NCBI GenBank assembly: GCA_048772705.1
Contig: JBLWGC010000108.1
Span: forward strand, 1 to 33,725
Direction of reading: 5' to 3'
DNA: 33,725 nucleotides
Origin: Leidyana gryllorum EB-2025a
Taxonomy: Eukaryota; Protista; Apicomplexa
Part shown: in pieces, positions 11,439 through 22,900 of the stretch
Position numbering within the stretch: the first letter of the stretch is position 1
Layout of the letters: each line of letters starts with the position of its first letter
The notes under the pieces: generated by a model
Told to the model about the DNA's origin: nothing
Seen by the model: the letters and a program-made list of their open reading frames with translations, nothing else
Databases searched by the model: none
Made by a program: the position numbers and the translations under genes

Positions 11439-14400
11439 TCAGTTGTCCAGGTCACGGCCCTCCAACTCTTCTTGTGTGTAGGGGATTCTGGTGGTTGGTC
11501 TTGCATTAAATTCTCGTCGAAACTGCAGTACAAGATCCATGGCGTCACCTTCTCGAATAACTGTGATCGGTTCCCACGTTGCCTGGCTGTCGGGGTACCC
11601 TCGCCACTTGATCTGCCATCTGTAACCGTTCGCCGTACGCCGTTCTCCAATCACTGACTCCAGTTGATATACCGGTTCGGGTGAGCTGGGTGGGGTTCCA
11701 ACGTATCGCTGCAGCCTGCTAACGTGAAAACGATTGTGTACCTGCAGCTGTGGTGGGAGTTCTAACTGGTACACGTCTCCTGGAATACAGGCACTGACTC
11801 GGAATGGGCCAATTCGGCTAGGCGACAGCTTCGTCCTTCTGAGGCCTACCAACTGTTTAGTCAAGAGTAAGACGTAATCGCCTTCTGAGAAAACTTCCTC
11901 CCTCCGATGTTGGTCTGCGGCTCGCCTTTGTTGCTCCTGTGCGTGACGTATCCTATCAGTGATCTCTTGCAGTCGGCTGAGTTCGCTTTGAAAGCTTGGC
12001 GGGGTGTTATTTGGGTTTGGAGGCAGTGTTGCTTGCATGGGGCCTCTGAATGAATGTCCCGTGTCAGCCTCGTGAGGTGAGATGCCCGTTGATTCGTTGA
12101 TTGTTGTATTCATGGCTATTTCAACCACGGGTATTAGAATCGTCCATGAGTCGCCAAGTCCCTCGCACGTTGCCTTCAATATTTGAATGAGTGTCCGATG
12201 TGCACGCTCCAGTAGACCATTGGTCTGAGGATGGAATGCTGTACTGGGTTTCAGCCTTGTTCCCAGTTTGCTGAGCATCTCGTTCCACACCTCCGAGCAC
12301 CAGCGCGAATCTCGATCGCATATGATGGACTCAGGGCAGCCGTGAGGGCGGATGAGGTGTTGTATGAGGATGTCCGCTGTCTCTCGAGCCGAAACAGTCC
12401 GATTGGTAGGAACCAAAATGACTCTCCGAGAAAATCTGTCTATAATCGTCATCAGACAGTCCTTGCCCGTTTCGCCGTCGGGTGGTAAACAGACCAGGTC
12501 TATGCTCACCTGCAACCATGGTCTTTCTGGGGGTGGGATTGGATGGAGCAGTCCAGCTGCTCTTTGGTTGGTGGCCTTGATTCGTTGGCATGTATCACAT
12601 GCCTTACAAAAGGCCCGTACGTCCTTCGCTATGTGTGGCCAGTAGAAATTGGCCATCACCCTTTTCAGCGTCCTCTCCGTTCCCATGTGTCCACTCAACC
12701 GAGATGAGTGGCACTCCTCGAGAATGCGTTTTCTGACCTCGTCGTCCGGTGGGATGATTATTCTGTCTTCTGAATCGTATATCAGTCCATTGTGTTTGAC
12801 TTGATCTTCTGACGGGTTGAGCGGTCCGCTCAATCTCTGCAGTAGCAGCAAAAACTCGGCTTCCTGATTCTGGTATCGGGCAACGTTGCACAACCGCTCT
12901 GGGGGTCGACTCAACAGATCCGCCAAGTGGTTCTCGCTCCCCTTTATATAGTCAATCTTGCATGGATACTGGGAGATTTTAAGTAAGGTTCGAATGACCC
13001 TATCCGAGACGTTCTTTCCCTTGACCAGGGTAGCCAATGGCTTGTGGTCCGTGAATACCTTGAAGGGCTTTGTAAGAAGGTAATGTTTCCATTTTCGCAG
13101 AGCCATTTCTATCGCATAAAGCTCACGTTCGTGAACCGGCCATGCTCGTTGAGCGGTCGTCAGCTTACGGCTCATGAATTCGAGTGGTGTCCGTCCTTCC
13201 TCTGGCCACTGCTCCAGTGTGGCGCCAATTGCATCATTTGATGCATCAGTGGTCACCACTAAGGGGAGGGTTTTATCCATGTGCCCTAGTTTCCGTTCGT
13301 CGTCAAAGCATTCCGTCAAATGCTTCCATGCCATCAATAATTCTGGTGTCCAGACAACTGCGTCCTTGGCTTTTTCACTCCCAGCTATCACAGTGTGGAA
13401 CATTTTGACTTTGTCTGCAAACAGAGGTATGAATCGGGAGTAGTATCCCATAGCTCCAACCAAGGTACTGAGTTCCTTGACTGTTCTGGGTGGTGGGTGC
13501 TTGCGAAAGAAGTCCACTCGTGTCTGTGCAGGGTACACGCCTTCTGCTGTGACCCTATGTCCGGTGAAGTCCACCTCGGTCAGATAGAACTTCGATTTAG
13601 TCGGGTTTGGGTATAGTTGGTGCTTTCGTAGCCGATCGAGTACGGCTCTGAGATGCTCTGTGTGTTCCGCTTGACTGGTACTGTATACCAGCAAGTCGTC
13701 CACATATGCCACCACGAACTTTCCAATAAGTCCGTCTAGTACATCAGTCATCAAGGCGATGAATGCACAAGGAGCATTCTTAAGACCAAAGGGCATGACT
13801 GTGTACTGAAACTTGCCGAAAGGAGTAACGAAAGCCGTTAGCTCCTGGCTCTTTTCGTCAATTCGTATCTGCATGAACCCGGCCTTTAGGTCGATCTTGG
13901 AAAAGACCTTCGCGCCTCTCAAGACTGAGAGATTTTCCTCCGTCGTGGTAGTGGGGAAGGCGTAATTGACCGTTTGATCGTTCAAGCCTTTATAGTTTGT
14001 GACCATTCTTGGTACCGGCGTGTCAGCCTTCGGCACCAGGAAGCAAGGAGCTGACCAGTCGGACTTGGACTGAATCACCTTGCCTTCCTTCATTAGCTGG
14101 TGTACCTGCCGTCGTAATTCCTCCGTGTCTGCCTTCCCACTGTACGGTCTGGCTGTATATGGGGTCGCATCGGGTTTGAGCTTGATCTCAAAATTATGAA
14201 AACCGCGGTCCGGTGGGTACGGTATCTCACTTCTAAACAAATCACTATATTCCTCCAATATCCACCGACCCTCTTCGTTATGCCTCGGTCCAGCGTTCCG
14301 TAACGTCACCTTGTTTGGTTTTGCTACCATTGCTTTCCTCGTTGGATCCAGAGTGATCCCTTCTGCTATCACCATGCGACCGTTGCCGTCCGTGCCCAGG

Positions 14401-14789
14401 ACCAACGGGATCGCATGGATCAATGGGAGTCCAATGATGGCTTGGTAATGGCGATTCCTCACCACTGCGAATTCCGCCGGCCCATAGCGGCCGTGGGTCG
14501 TGACCAGGCATGCGTCGACCAGTCCTTCACATCGCGCTGATCCCATGCCTTCAATCTGACCTGTTGTCGAATCTTTGACCTTCAGCTCCAGTGCGTGAGC
14601 CAACGCGGGGGTCATAATGTTCAGTTCGGCGCCCGAGTCGATGAGTACATTCACCCGGTGTCCGGTTTTGCTATGCGAATTTGTGACCTCCCACTCTACC
14701 GTAGCCGTCCACCCGATGTGCTGGCCTGTGTCCGTTGCTATTGCTGTAAAACAAGTTCGTGGCCCGCCGGGGGCCTCTATCAAAAATCC
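11439..14789 (-). CDS. pol: Pol polyprotein of C (PR-RT-RH-IN-chromodomain), entered by predicted -1 frameshift
   Basis: 1114-aa ORF: LIDSGAE, YVDD, TDAS, HHCC, DDE, GPF, WQIKWRGY..TWE; GGATTTT at 14789-14783. Confidence 0.95.
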   Translation of the reverse strand, partial: GFLIEAPGGPRTCFTAIATDTGQHIGWTATVEWEVTNSHSKTGHRVNVLIDSGAELNIMTPALAHALELKVKDSTTGQIEGMGSARCEGLVDACLVTTHGRYGPAEFAVVRNRHYQAIIGLPLIHAIPLVLGTDGNGRMVIAEGITLDPTRKAMVAKPNKVTLRNAGPRHNEEGRWILEEYSDLFRSEIPYPPDRGFHNFEIKLKPDATPYTARPYSGKADTEELRRQVHQLMKEGKVIQSKSDWSAPCFLVPKADTPVPRMVTNYKGLNDQTVNYAFPTTTTEENLSVLRGAKVFSKIDLKAGFMQIRIDEKSQELTAFVTPFGKFQYTVMPFGLKNAPCAFIALMTDVLDGLIGKFVVAYVDDLLVYSTSQAEHTEHLRAVLDRLRKHQLYPNPTKSKFYLTEVDFTGHRVTAEGVYPAQTRVDFFRKHPPPRTVKELSTLVGAMGYYSRFIPLFADKVKMFHTVIAGSEKAKDAVVWTPELLMAWKHLTECFDDERKLGHMDKTLPLVVTTDASNDAIGATLEQWPEEGRTPLEFMSRKLTTAQRAWPVHERELYAIEMALRKWKHYLLTKPFKVFTDHKPLATLVKGKNVSDRVIRTLLKISQYPCKIDYIKGSENHLADLLSRPPERLCNVARYQNQEAEFLLLLQRLSGPLNPSEDQVKHNGLIYDSEDRIIIPPDDEVRKRILEECHSSRLSGHMGTERTLKRVMANFYWPHIAKDVRAFCKACDTCQRIKATNQRAAGLLHPIPPPERPWLQVSIDLVCLPPDGETGKDCLMTIIDRFSRRVILVPTNRTVSARETADILIQHLIRPHGCPESIICDRDSRWCSEVWNEMLSKLGTRLKPSTAFHPQTNGLLERAHRTLIQILKATCEGLGDSWTILIPVVEIAMNTTINESTGISPHEADTGHSFRGPMQATLPPNPNNTPPSFQSELSRLQEITDRIRHAQEQQRRAADQHRREEVFSEGDYVLLLTKQLVGLRRTKLSPSRIGPFRVSACIPGDVYQLELPPQLQVHNRFHVSRLQRYVGTPPSSPEPVYQLESVIGERRTANGYRWQIKWRGYPDSQATWEPITVIREGDAMDLVLQFRREFNARPTTRIPYTQEELEGRDLDN

Positions 14790-15775
14790 GACTCGACTTC
14801 ATCCGCTTCTTCCGTCATCTCGGTGTCCGCTAGGTGTACCGTGGCCGCCTGGAAAGCCCTGGCCTTGCCTCCTTGTCTGATCTGTTGTGGTCCTGATCCC
14901 CGCTTCGGACACTTGGCCGAGATGTGCCCACCTTGGCCACATATGTAGCAGAGGTTGTTCCTGCTACAATACTCCCGCGTATGGGGATTCTGCAGGCCCA
15001 CTCCTCGTTTGGTAGCCACCAATACCCTCTGCGTTTGAGGGGGGTCCTCCGGACACAGTGTTAGCACCAGTGCGACCGCTGCCGTCACTGTCTTCGGGTT
15101 CCGTCCTCGGATTGCCAGTTGTTCCGCCTTGGGGAGCCGCCCGAGGAAGAGATCCACAAGATCGGGTTCGGGAATGCTGCGGATCATACGGCGTGCCTGT
15201 CGGAAGGCCAAGGCGAATTGGCGAAGTCGTCCATTTTCCACGCGTAGTTCAACAAGCCTTGCTAAGCTCCCACGTTTGTCGGACTCGAATTCGCTAACTA
15301 CCAGCCTTCTGAAGTGCTCCCAGTCGACCCTTCGGATGTCCTCCAAGGTCGCATTCGCCCATGCAGAGGCGCCTCCGCGGAACGTTCCGCATGCCACAGC
15401 TGGCCAGTGCGCCTTCGGCAGAGCTGCATTGCGAAAACAATTCTCCAGCGTATCCAGGTGAAGATTCGGATCCGTGTCGCCATCGAACGGGCCCGCCACT
15501 TGCACTGTGGTCCGTATCCAGCTCATCACCCGCAACGCCATGTCCATTCCGCTGTGTAATTCTCCGTTTGTGGTCTTCCCGTGATCTGTTTGCTTCGCGA
15601 TCGTCTTCGAAGCGTCGTCTGATAGGGATTCCACCGCCGTTTCAGGGTCATCGTGCAAGTTTTTGTCCTCCGTCAGATCATTTGCCGCACTGCTACCAGT
15701 ATAACCGGGGGGTAGGTCCGGTGGGGATTGGTCTAGGTTCTGTCCTATCTGTTTGCCGTTCCTAAGCTGTAGCAT
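14780..15775 (-). CDS. gag: Gag of C (alternative in-frame ATG at 15802)
   Basis: MLQLRNGK...GYTGSSA; CYICGQGGHISAKC; ends SDF*. Confidence 0.92.
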   Translation of the reverse strand: MLQLRNGKQIGQNLDQSPPDLPPGYTGSSAANDLTEDKNLHDDPETAVESLSDDASKTIAKQTDHGKTTNGELHSGMDMALRVMSWIRTTVQVAGPFDGDTDPNLHLDTLENCFRNAALPKAHWPAVACGTFRGGASAWANATLEDIRRVDWEHFRRLVVSEFESDKRGSLARLVELRVENGRLRQFALAFRQARRMIRSIPEPDLVDLFLGRLPKAEQLAIRGRNPKTVTAAVALVLTLCPEDPPQTQRVLVATKRGVGLQNPHTREYCSRNNLCYICGQGGHISAKCPKRGSGPQQIRQGGKARAFQAATVHLADTEMTEEADEVESDF

Positions 15776-15908
15776 AGTTAGATCTGTTGTTTCACTGTTC
15801 ATGCACTCCGGTTCCAAAAAAGGTTCGTGTGTTTCGTGTCTGTTTGTTTACGTCTCCGTCTCCGGGTTTCCGGTCATGCCGGTCTGCCGGTGATGGTCTT
15901 CGGTTACA
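15700..15908 (-). repeat. 5' LTR of C
   Basis: Followed on the minus strand by C + TGGTAGCAGTGCG. Confidence 0.95.
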
Positions 15909-18213
15909 ACCCTTCCCCAACACCCTGAAAGAACTCCAGAGCATATTGGGTATGATGAATTACTACCGGAGATTCATCCCCGGCTTCGCAAGACTGGCAA
16001 ACCCACTCTACGAATTGAGTCATGGGCTGAAGAAACCGAACTCACCAATTACAGCAACTCAGGCGGCCGAAGAAGCGTTCAAGGGACTCAAAACAGCACT
16101 GGCGAACACACGACCCCTCCAGTTTCCGGACATACAAATAAAGGAATTAACCCTGGACACAGACGCCAGTCTTACGGCGATAGGGGGGGTACTCCAACAA
16201 CCGACCTCGCAAGGATTGGCACCAATCGAGTTCTTCTCCAAAGCTCTGACAGCGACCCAGAGCCGCTACCCCACACACGAACGAGAATTACTCGCCATCG
16301 TGGAATCCTGCAAACATTGGCGCCACCTCCTAGTCGGAAGAAGAATCACGATTCGAACAGATCACAAGCCACTAACGTACCTCCTGACGCAAGCGCATTT
16401 GTCCGACAGACAAGCAAGATGGATGGTCAGACTCGCGGAGTTGGATATACACTTTGAATATATAAAGGGCGCCCAAAATATTATAGCCGATTTACTTAGC
16501 CGACCCCGAACCAACACCACCCTAACCGACAGACCAGCGATTCAACCAGAGACGGTACACAGCACCGTCCCAGGGAACAATGAAGAAGAGCCCGTCAGCA
16601 CGGACCTTGAAACACGCCTCCGCCATGCGTGGAGCAACCGACGAGAGGAAGCCGGCAAGTGCGGAACACCCGAATGGATTGAAGGGCTACCGGTGACACC
16701 GCAAGGTACCATAGAAGTTCCCCCGGACGAGGAGTTGATACGAGCCATCGTGAAAGACAATCACGACAGTACGCTGGCCGGGCACTTGGCAGCGGATAAG
16801 ACGATCGGACGGGTGAGATCATTGTTCAGCTGGAAAGGAATGGCTGCTGATATAATCGAGTATTGTCGCACTTGCGACACTTGCCAGAAGGCGAAGAAGA
16901 GGACGCATAGACCACACGGTTTACTACACCCAATCAGCAACCCCAGCCTCCCATGGGTGGAAGTGGGCGTTGACTTCCTGGAAATGCCGAAGGTTTCGGA
17001 GAACGACTCGGATTACATCATGGTTGTGGTGGATAGACTCTCGAGGCGACTCAGACTTCTACCCTGCAGGAAACGCATAACAGCAAGCCAATCAGCCGCC
17101 CTGTTCCTAGAGAACATAGTGAAAGTGCACGGAGCCCCCCGCAAGATCATATCTGACCGAGATCCTAGGTTCGTCAGCGAAATGTGGCAAGGGATAATGA
17201 AAGGCTTAGGAGCGAACCTAGCATTCTCAACGGCGTACCACCCCCAATCGAATGGATTGGTGGAACGAAACAACAGATCAACGCTTCAACTGATCCGATG
17301 CGCACTCCACGCACACGGTGGGAAATGGCAGGACCATCTACTAGCAACGGAAATGGCGTACAACTCAACGATCCAGTCCTCGACCAACATGTGCCCACTC
17401 GAACTGGACACTGGACGAACCACGTTTATTCCCACAAATCTGAACGAGATAACCTCCACCCGATCGGTCGCAGGACGACTGTATCTGCAGAAACTGCAGG
17501 AAGCCAACGATAGACTCAGACTAGCCAGTCTACAGCAGAAGGAACACGCAGACAAGAGGAGACAAGAGGTAAGCTTCCGAGAGGGCGACCTGGTACTTCT
17601 GAACACTAACGGACTGGCACACCTACCTAAGAACAAGCTCTCTTTACCATTTTGCGGACCTTTCAGGATCATAGAAGCCACTACTCATGATACATACCTC
17701 TTAGACTTACCAAGCACGTGGGGATTATACCCCAAGTTTCACGCAAGCAGACTAGAACCCTATAGACAACGGGACGAACCTGCAGAAACACCTACACCCG
17801 AAGAACTCTACATAATGGAATCGATTCAAGGATGGCGCGAAACGGCAGACGGAATAGAATACCTAGTCAGCTGGGCAGGCTACACCGACCGCAGCTGGGA
17901 GAAGGCATCAACGGTCTTGGAGGCCGAAGGAGCAGATCTAATTGAAGCATTCCGAAGAAGATGGAACCAGAGGAACCCCCGCACTCCGTTCACCCATGAT
18001 GATGGGGGAGGGATGTAAGGGGGACGCTCATCGGTGACTGGCCGGGACCGGTTCACCCGTGTGTGTGTCTCCGTCTCCGGGCCGGCCGGCTCCGGCATTA
18101 ACGGAGACACAGAGATCAACTTTTAGATTCGAACTTACCTTTTGAGTGCCTGCTTGCCATGGACTTACGCTCTAGAACAATAGCCGTAGCTTCGACGACT
18201 GGAAAGAATTATA
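15909..18213 (+). mobile_element. 3' half of D-family element (D1): RT C-terminus-RH-IN-chromodomain + 3' LTR
   Basis: Near-identical to 21174 onward (offset 5265); translated protein is identical in the ORF track; LTR 18014-18213. Confidence 0.95.
18014..18213 (+). repeat. 3' LTR of D1 (200 bp, TGTAA...TTATA)
   Basis: Identical by eye to 18667-18866; preceded by PPT GGGGGAGGGA. Confidence 0.95.
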
Positions 18214-18666
18214 GGCACCCTCAAAGACTCAGCGGCTAGGTGGCTTAACGCCACGGACTCGACCTCGACCCTGCGGGAGCTCCCGTGGGCACAATTTCGT
18301 ATCCGATTCCTCACTGAGTTCGGATCGAACACCAGGAGTGACTTACAGGAAATGATGGACCTTCGAGCGGATCCGACAGATTTGGCACCCTTCGTTCGGA
18401 AGGTTCGACAGTTGCGCAGAGGACTACTGCACATGGGGGATGATGAAATCATGCAGTTCATCAAACGAGCACTTCCCAGGGGCCAGCGGGAACTATTGGT
18501 CTCAAGGAACCCCCGAACCAGCGACGAGGCCCTAGCCTTCTTAGCCGAAATTGGACGGGATGCTCAGGCGGCACAGAAGGAGACCACGCGAATACTGATG
18601 ACCAAGCAGCGCGGTGTGGGCTTCAACAACCCACACTCCCGCGACCACTGCACGAAAAATAGACTG
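18214..18666 (+). pseudogene. gag: Internal gag fragment 'I' of a C-like family between two D LTRs
   Basis: Open frame GTLKDSAARW...PWAQFR..TEF...KQRGVGFNNPHSRDHCTKNRL, similar to C gag (KRGVGLQNPHTREYCSRNNL). Confidence 0.85.
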
Positions 18667-18866
18667 TGTAAGGGGGACGCTCATCGGTGACTGGCCGGGA
18701 CCGGTTCACCCGTGTGTGTGTCTCCGTCTCCGGGCCGGCCGGCTCCGGCATTAACGGAGACACAGAGATCAACTTTTAGATTCGAACTTACCTTTTGAGT
18801 GCCTGCTTGCCATGGACTTACGCTCTAGAACAATAGCCGTAGCTTCGACGACTGGAAAGAATTATA
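18667..18866 (+). repeat. 5' LTR of D2
   Basis: TGTAAGGGGG...GAATTATA then C + PBS. Confidence 0.95.
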
Positions 18867-19921
18867 CTGGTAGCAGTGCGTCGTTCCTCGCGGCTGACAA
18901 CGACGATATGGAAGGGAACGCCCCCCATAGCACGAACCCGACGAAGCCACGAGGAACGGACGGCACGCACCGTGACATACCGACCACACCACCTTCGGAA
19001 CTCACTGCCGACAGCGAACAACACGCCAAGATGTGGCGGCAGATAGCGGATACACTTAACCAGGCGCTCCAATGCCCCGCAAGGAAGGAAGTACACACGG
19101 ACACGCACGATCAAATCTTGACCAAAGCCGAAAAGGCCTTAAAGAAGCAACCACAATTCGACGGAACAGAGTCGAAGTCCGCCCGGGATTGGATCGACAG
19201 TTGCGCCGCTTGCTTCGCAGCGGCCAGGATCACCGATGACGCGGTCAGGATCCAAGCGGTGTGCTCCACCTTCAGCGGCGTAGCAGCCAGGTGGTTTATG
19301 GCCAGAATTGAGTTACTTGACGCTTCATGGGAGGACTTTTATACAACATTTCTTAAGGAATTCGACACGGAGGGCAGCATCATGTCCGACATGGCTCGGC
19401 TGTCGCTGCTGAAGAAGACAAGTAGCATGGGGACGTACGTTGCGGAATTCAAGAAACTGAGTCGCGGAATACCTAAAGCCATTGATCGAGAAACGAGAGC
19501 GCAGCTATTCTTCATGGGCCTACCCACGGCGGACCGAGTAGCACTCTCGGCTTGTCTGAGCGAAGAGATGGACACGATTTACCAGAGGGCCTTACAGTAT
19601 GGATTACTCAGCTCGTACAACAAACCAACCGAACATTGCTTAGCCACCAATGAACACAGAGGAACGAGGGTAGGACAGCGATGCAGATACAGTCACGAGG
19701 AGTGCGTACAACAACGACGTTGCTTCAATTGCGGATCCCAAGACCATGTGGCATTCCGATGCCAACACCCCCGCGATGACAAAAGAACGAAACGACCAGC
19801 GCCTTCACATAGCCAGGAGAGGAGAGAACCGCCCAGACGCGTCTTCGCCACGATTCCACAGGATTTTATGGAAACCCCGGAATCCTTGGCACCGATTCTG
19901 AACGGGGAAGCGAAGCCTTAG
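18812..19921 (+). CDS. gag: Gag of D2 (369 aa)
   Basis: MDLRSRT...NYTGSSA; CFNCGSQDHVAFRC. Confidence 0.95.
   Translation: MDLRSRTIAVASTTGKNYTGSSASFLAADNDDMEGNAPHSTNPTKPRGTDGTHRDIPTTPPSELTADSEQHAKMWRQIADTLNQALQCPARKEVHTDTHDQILTKAEKALKKQPQFDGTESKSARDWIDSCAACFAAARITDDAVRIQAVCSTFSGVAARWFMARIELLDASWEDFYTTFLKEFDTEGSIMSDMARLSLLKKTSSMGTYVAEFKKLSRGIPKAIDRETRAQLFFMGLPTADRVALSACLSEEMDTIYQRALQYGLLSSYNKPTEHCLATNEHRGTRVGQRCRYSHEECVQQRRCFNCGSQDHVAFRCQHPRDDKRTKRPAPSHSQERREPPRRVFATIPQDFMETPESLAPILNGEAKP
18868..18885 (+). promoter_or_regulatory. 18-nt PBS of D2
   Basis: TGGTAGCAGTGCGTCGTT, shared exactly with E and G. Confidence 0.92.
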
Positions 19922-22900
19922 TAAGGAAACAACCCCTCACCGCACAATGGACACTTCATAACCCGAATCACCCCGAACAACGATTGCAAGCGTGTGTACT
20001 TGTCGATACCGGAGCCTCCGTCAGCTGTATACATACGGAAACCGCTCGCGCCATGGGACTGGCGCCGAACGGCCGACAACTACAAATCCAGTCGATCCAT
20101 GGATCCCACAATCATGCAATGACCAACGTCCTACTGCGAACAGAACAGAACCACGTACTCTTGGAAGCAGCCGCAACACCCAACATGGCGTATGACTTGA
20201 TAATACCTACCGCGGTGATTGCGCACCTGAACCTCACCATTACGACCGACCACAGTCACAATTTGTGCATATTCGAAGGAAAGATCAACGCAGTTCGCGC
20301 AGCACTTCGACCAGAACAATGGGTCAAAACCACTCCTGGACAGTGCCACTACCTGAACGAAATTCATACAACCAGACTCGACATACCCGAAGAGGAACGG
20401 TGGCTAGAAATTGAGTTCCGAACGGTTCTCCACGAACACGCACCAATGCCACCGAGCCGACCCGGAATAGATCACCGCATCGAACTCACCGATCCCCAAA
20501 TCAAACCATTCGCACGACAGCCGTACCGCATACCCCAACAGTACGTGGGAGAGCTTCGAAACCAACTAACGGAACTCACCAAGGACGGGAAAATCCAGCT
20601 CAGTTCATCAAGCTGGGCTTCGCCCTGCCTTTTCGTCCCTAAGAAGGACACCGCGGTTCCAAGGCTGGTTTGCGATTACAGAAGACTGAACGAAGCGACA
20701 CGCAAAGTCGTTTCACCCATACCCAGCCTGGACGACGCGTTGCAACTGCTCGCTGATGCAAAATGGTTCTCCACATTGGACCTTAAGGCGGGATACCACC
20801 AAGTCAGAATGGAGCCCGAGAGCCGACATCTCACCGCTTTCGCCACACCATGGGGACTTTACGAATGGACCGTAATGCCCAATGGTCTGACGAATGCCCC
20901 GGCTACCTTCAACACCATGATGACGCACATACTGGGACATCTCATCGGCGAATGTATCTTCGTATATCTCGATGACGTCCTAGTATTCTCAAAGACCATT
21001 CAAGAACACAGACAACACCTACGCCAAGTCATGGAGGGACTTCGAACTAATCACCTGATAGTACACAGGAGGAAGTCGCACTTCTTCAAAACCAGAGTGC
21101 AGTATCTTGGCCACGAGATAGGACCAGAAGGAATCACACCACTACATCACAAGGTCGACGGTCTCCAACGACTACCCTTCCCCAACACCCTGAAAGAACT
21201 CCAGAGCATATTGGGTATGATGAATTACTACCGGAGATTCATCCCCGGCTTCGCAAGACTGGCAAACCCACTCTACGAATTGAGTCATGGGCTGAAGAAA
21301 CCGAACTCACCAATTACAGCAACTCAGGCGGCCGAAGAAGCGTTCAAGGGACTCAAAACAGCACTGGCGAACACACGACCCCTCCAGTTTCCGGACATAC
21401 AAATAAAGGAATTAACCCTGGACACAGACGCCAGTCTTACGGCGATAGGGGGGGTACTCCAACAACCGACCTCGCAAGGATTGGCACCAATCGAGTTCTT
21501 CTCCAAAGCTCTGACAGCGACCCAGAGCCGCTACCCCACACACGAACGAGAATTACTCGCCATCGTGGAATCCTGCAAACATTGGCGCCACCTCCTAGTC
21601 GGAAGAAGAATCACGATTCGAACAGATCACAAGCCACTAACGTACCTCCTGACGCAAGCGCATTTGTCCGACAGACAAGCAAGATGGATGGTCAGACTCG
21701 CGGAGTTGGATATACACTTTGAATATATAAAGGGCGCCCAAAATATTATAGCTGATTTACTTAGCCGACCCCGAACCAACACCACCCTAACCGACAGACC
21801 AGCGATTCAACCAGAGACGGTACACAGCACCGTCCCAGGGAACAATGAAGAAGAGCCCGTCAGCACGGACCTTGAAACACGCCTCCGCCATGCGTGGAGC
21901 AACCGACGAGAGGAAGCCGGCAAGTGCGGAACACCCGAATGGATTGAAGGGCTACCGGTGACACCGCAAGGTACCATAGAAGTTCCCCCGGACGAGGAGT
22001 TGATACGAGCCATCGTGAAAGACAATCACGACAGTACGCTGGCCGGGCACTTGGCAGCGGATAAGACGATCGGACGGGTGAGATCATTGTTCAGCTGGAA
22101 AGGAATGGCTGCTGATATAATCGAGTATTGTCGCACTTGCGACACTTGCCAGAAGGCGAAGAAGAGGACGCATAGACCACACGGTTTACTACACCCAATC
22201 AGCAACCCCAGCCTCCCATGGGTGGAAGTGGGCGTTGACTTCCTGGAAATGCCGAAGGTTTCGGAGAACGACTCGGATTACATCATGGTTGTGGTGGATA
22301 GACTCTCGAGGCGACTCAGACTTCTACCCTGCAGGAAACGCATAACAGCAAGCCAATCAGCCGCCCTGTTCCTAGAGAACATAGTGAAAGTGCACGGAGC
22401 CCCCCGCAAGATCATATCTGACCGAGATCCTAGGTTCGTCAGCGAAATGTGGCAAGGGATAATGAAAGGCTTAGGAGCGAACCTAGCATTCTCAACGGCG
22501 TACCACCCCCAATCGAATGGATTGGTGGAACGAAACAACAGATCAACGCTTCAACTGATCCGATGCGCACTCCACGCACACGGTGGGAAATGGCAGGACC
22601 ATCTACTAGCAACGGAAATGGCGTACAACTCAACGATCCAGTCCTCGACCAACATGTGCCCACTCGAACTGGACACTGGACGAACCACGTTTATTCCCAC
22701 AAATCTGAACGAGATAACCTCCACCCGATCGGTCGCAGGACGACTGTATCTGCAGAAACTGCAGGAAGCCAACGATAGACTCAGACTAGCCAGTCTACAG
22801 CAGAAGGAACACGCAGACAAGAGGAGACAAGAGGTAAGCTTCCGAGAGGGCGACCTGGTACTTCTGAACACTAACGGACTGGCACACCTACCTAAGAACA

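Larger units (their letters stand above)
11217..15908 (-). mobile_element. Intact full-length chromovirus-type element 'C' (4692 bp), TSD ACCCT
   Basis: 209-bp LTRs at 15700-15908 and 11217-11425, identical by eye; ACCCT at 11212-16 and 15909-13; PBS 15686-98; PPT 11426-40; open gag and pol. Confidence 0.96.

Noticed and set aside
15787-18018. 743-aa ORF as a real gene
   Set aside because: It starts at a TTG in the antisense strand of C's LTR and runs by chance into the truncated D1 pol.
18014-18213. Hammerhead or other ribozyme in the LTR hairpins
   Set aside because: Only CCGATGAG on the antisense strand, and I could not find a full CTGANGA...GAAA core. An Infernal/Rfam scan would be needed to exclude it formally.
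18214-18666. TRIM-like mini-element D LTR-453 bp-D LTR
   Set aside because: No PBS after the first LTR and no PPT before the second; each LTR belongs to its own D element.
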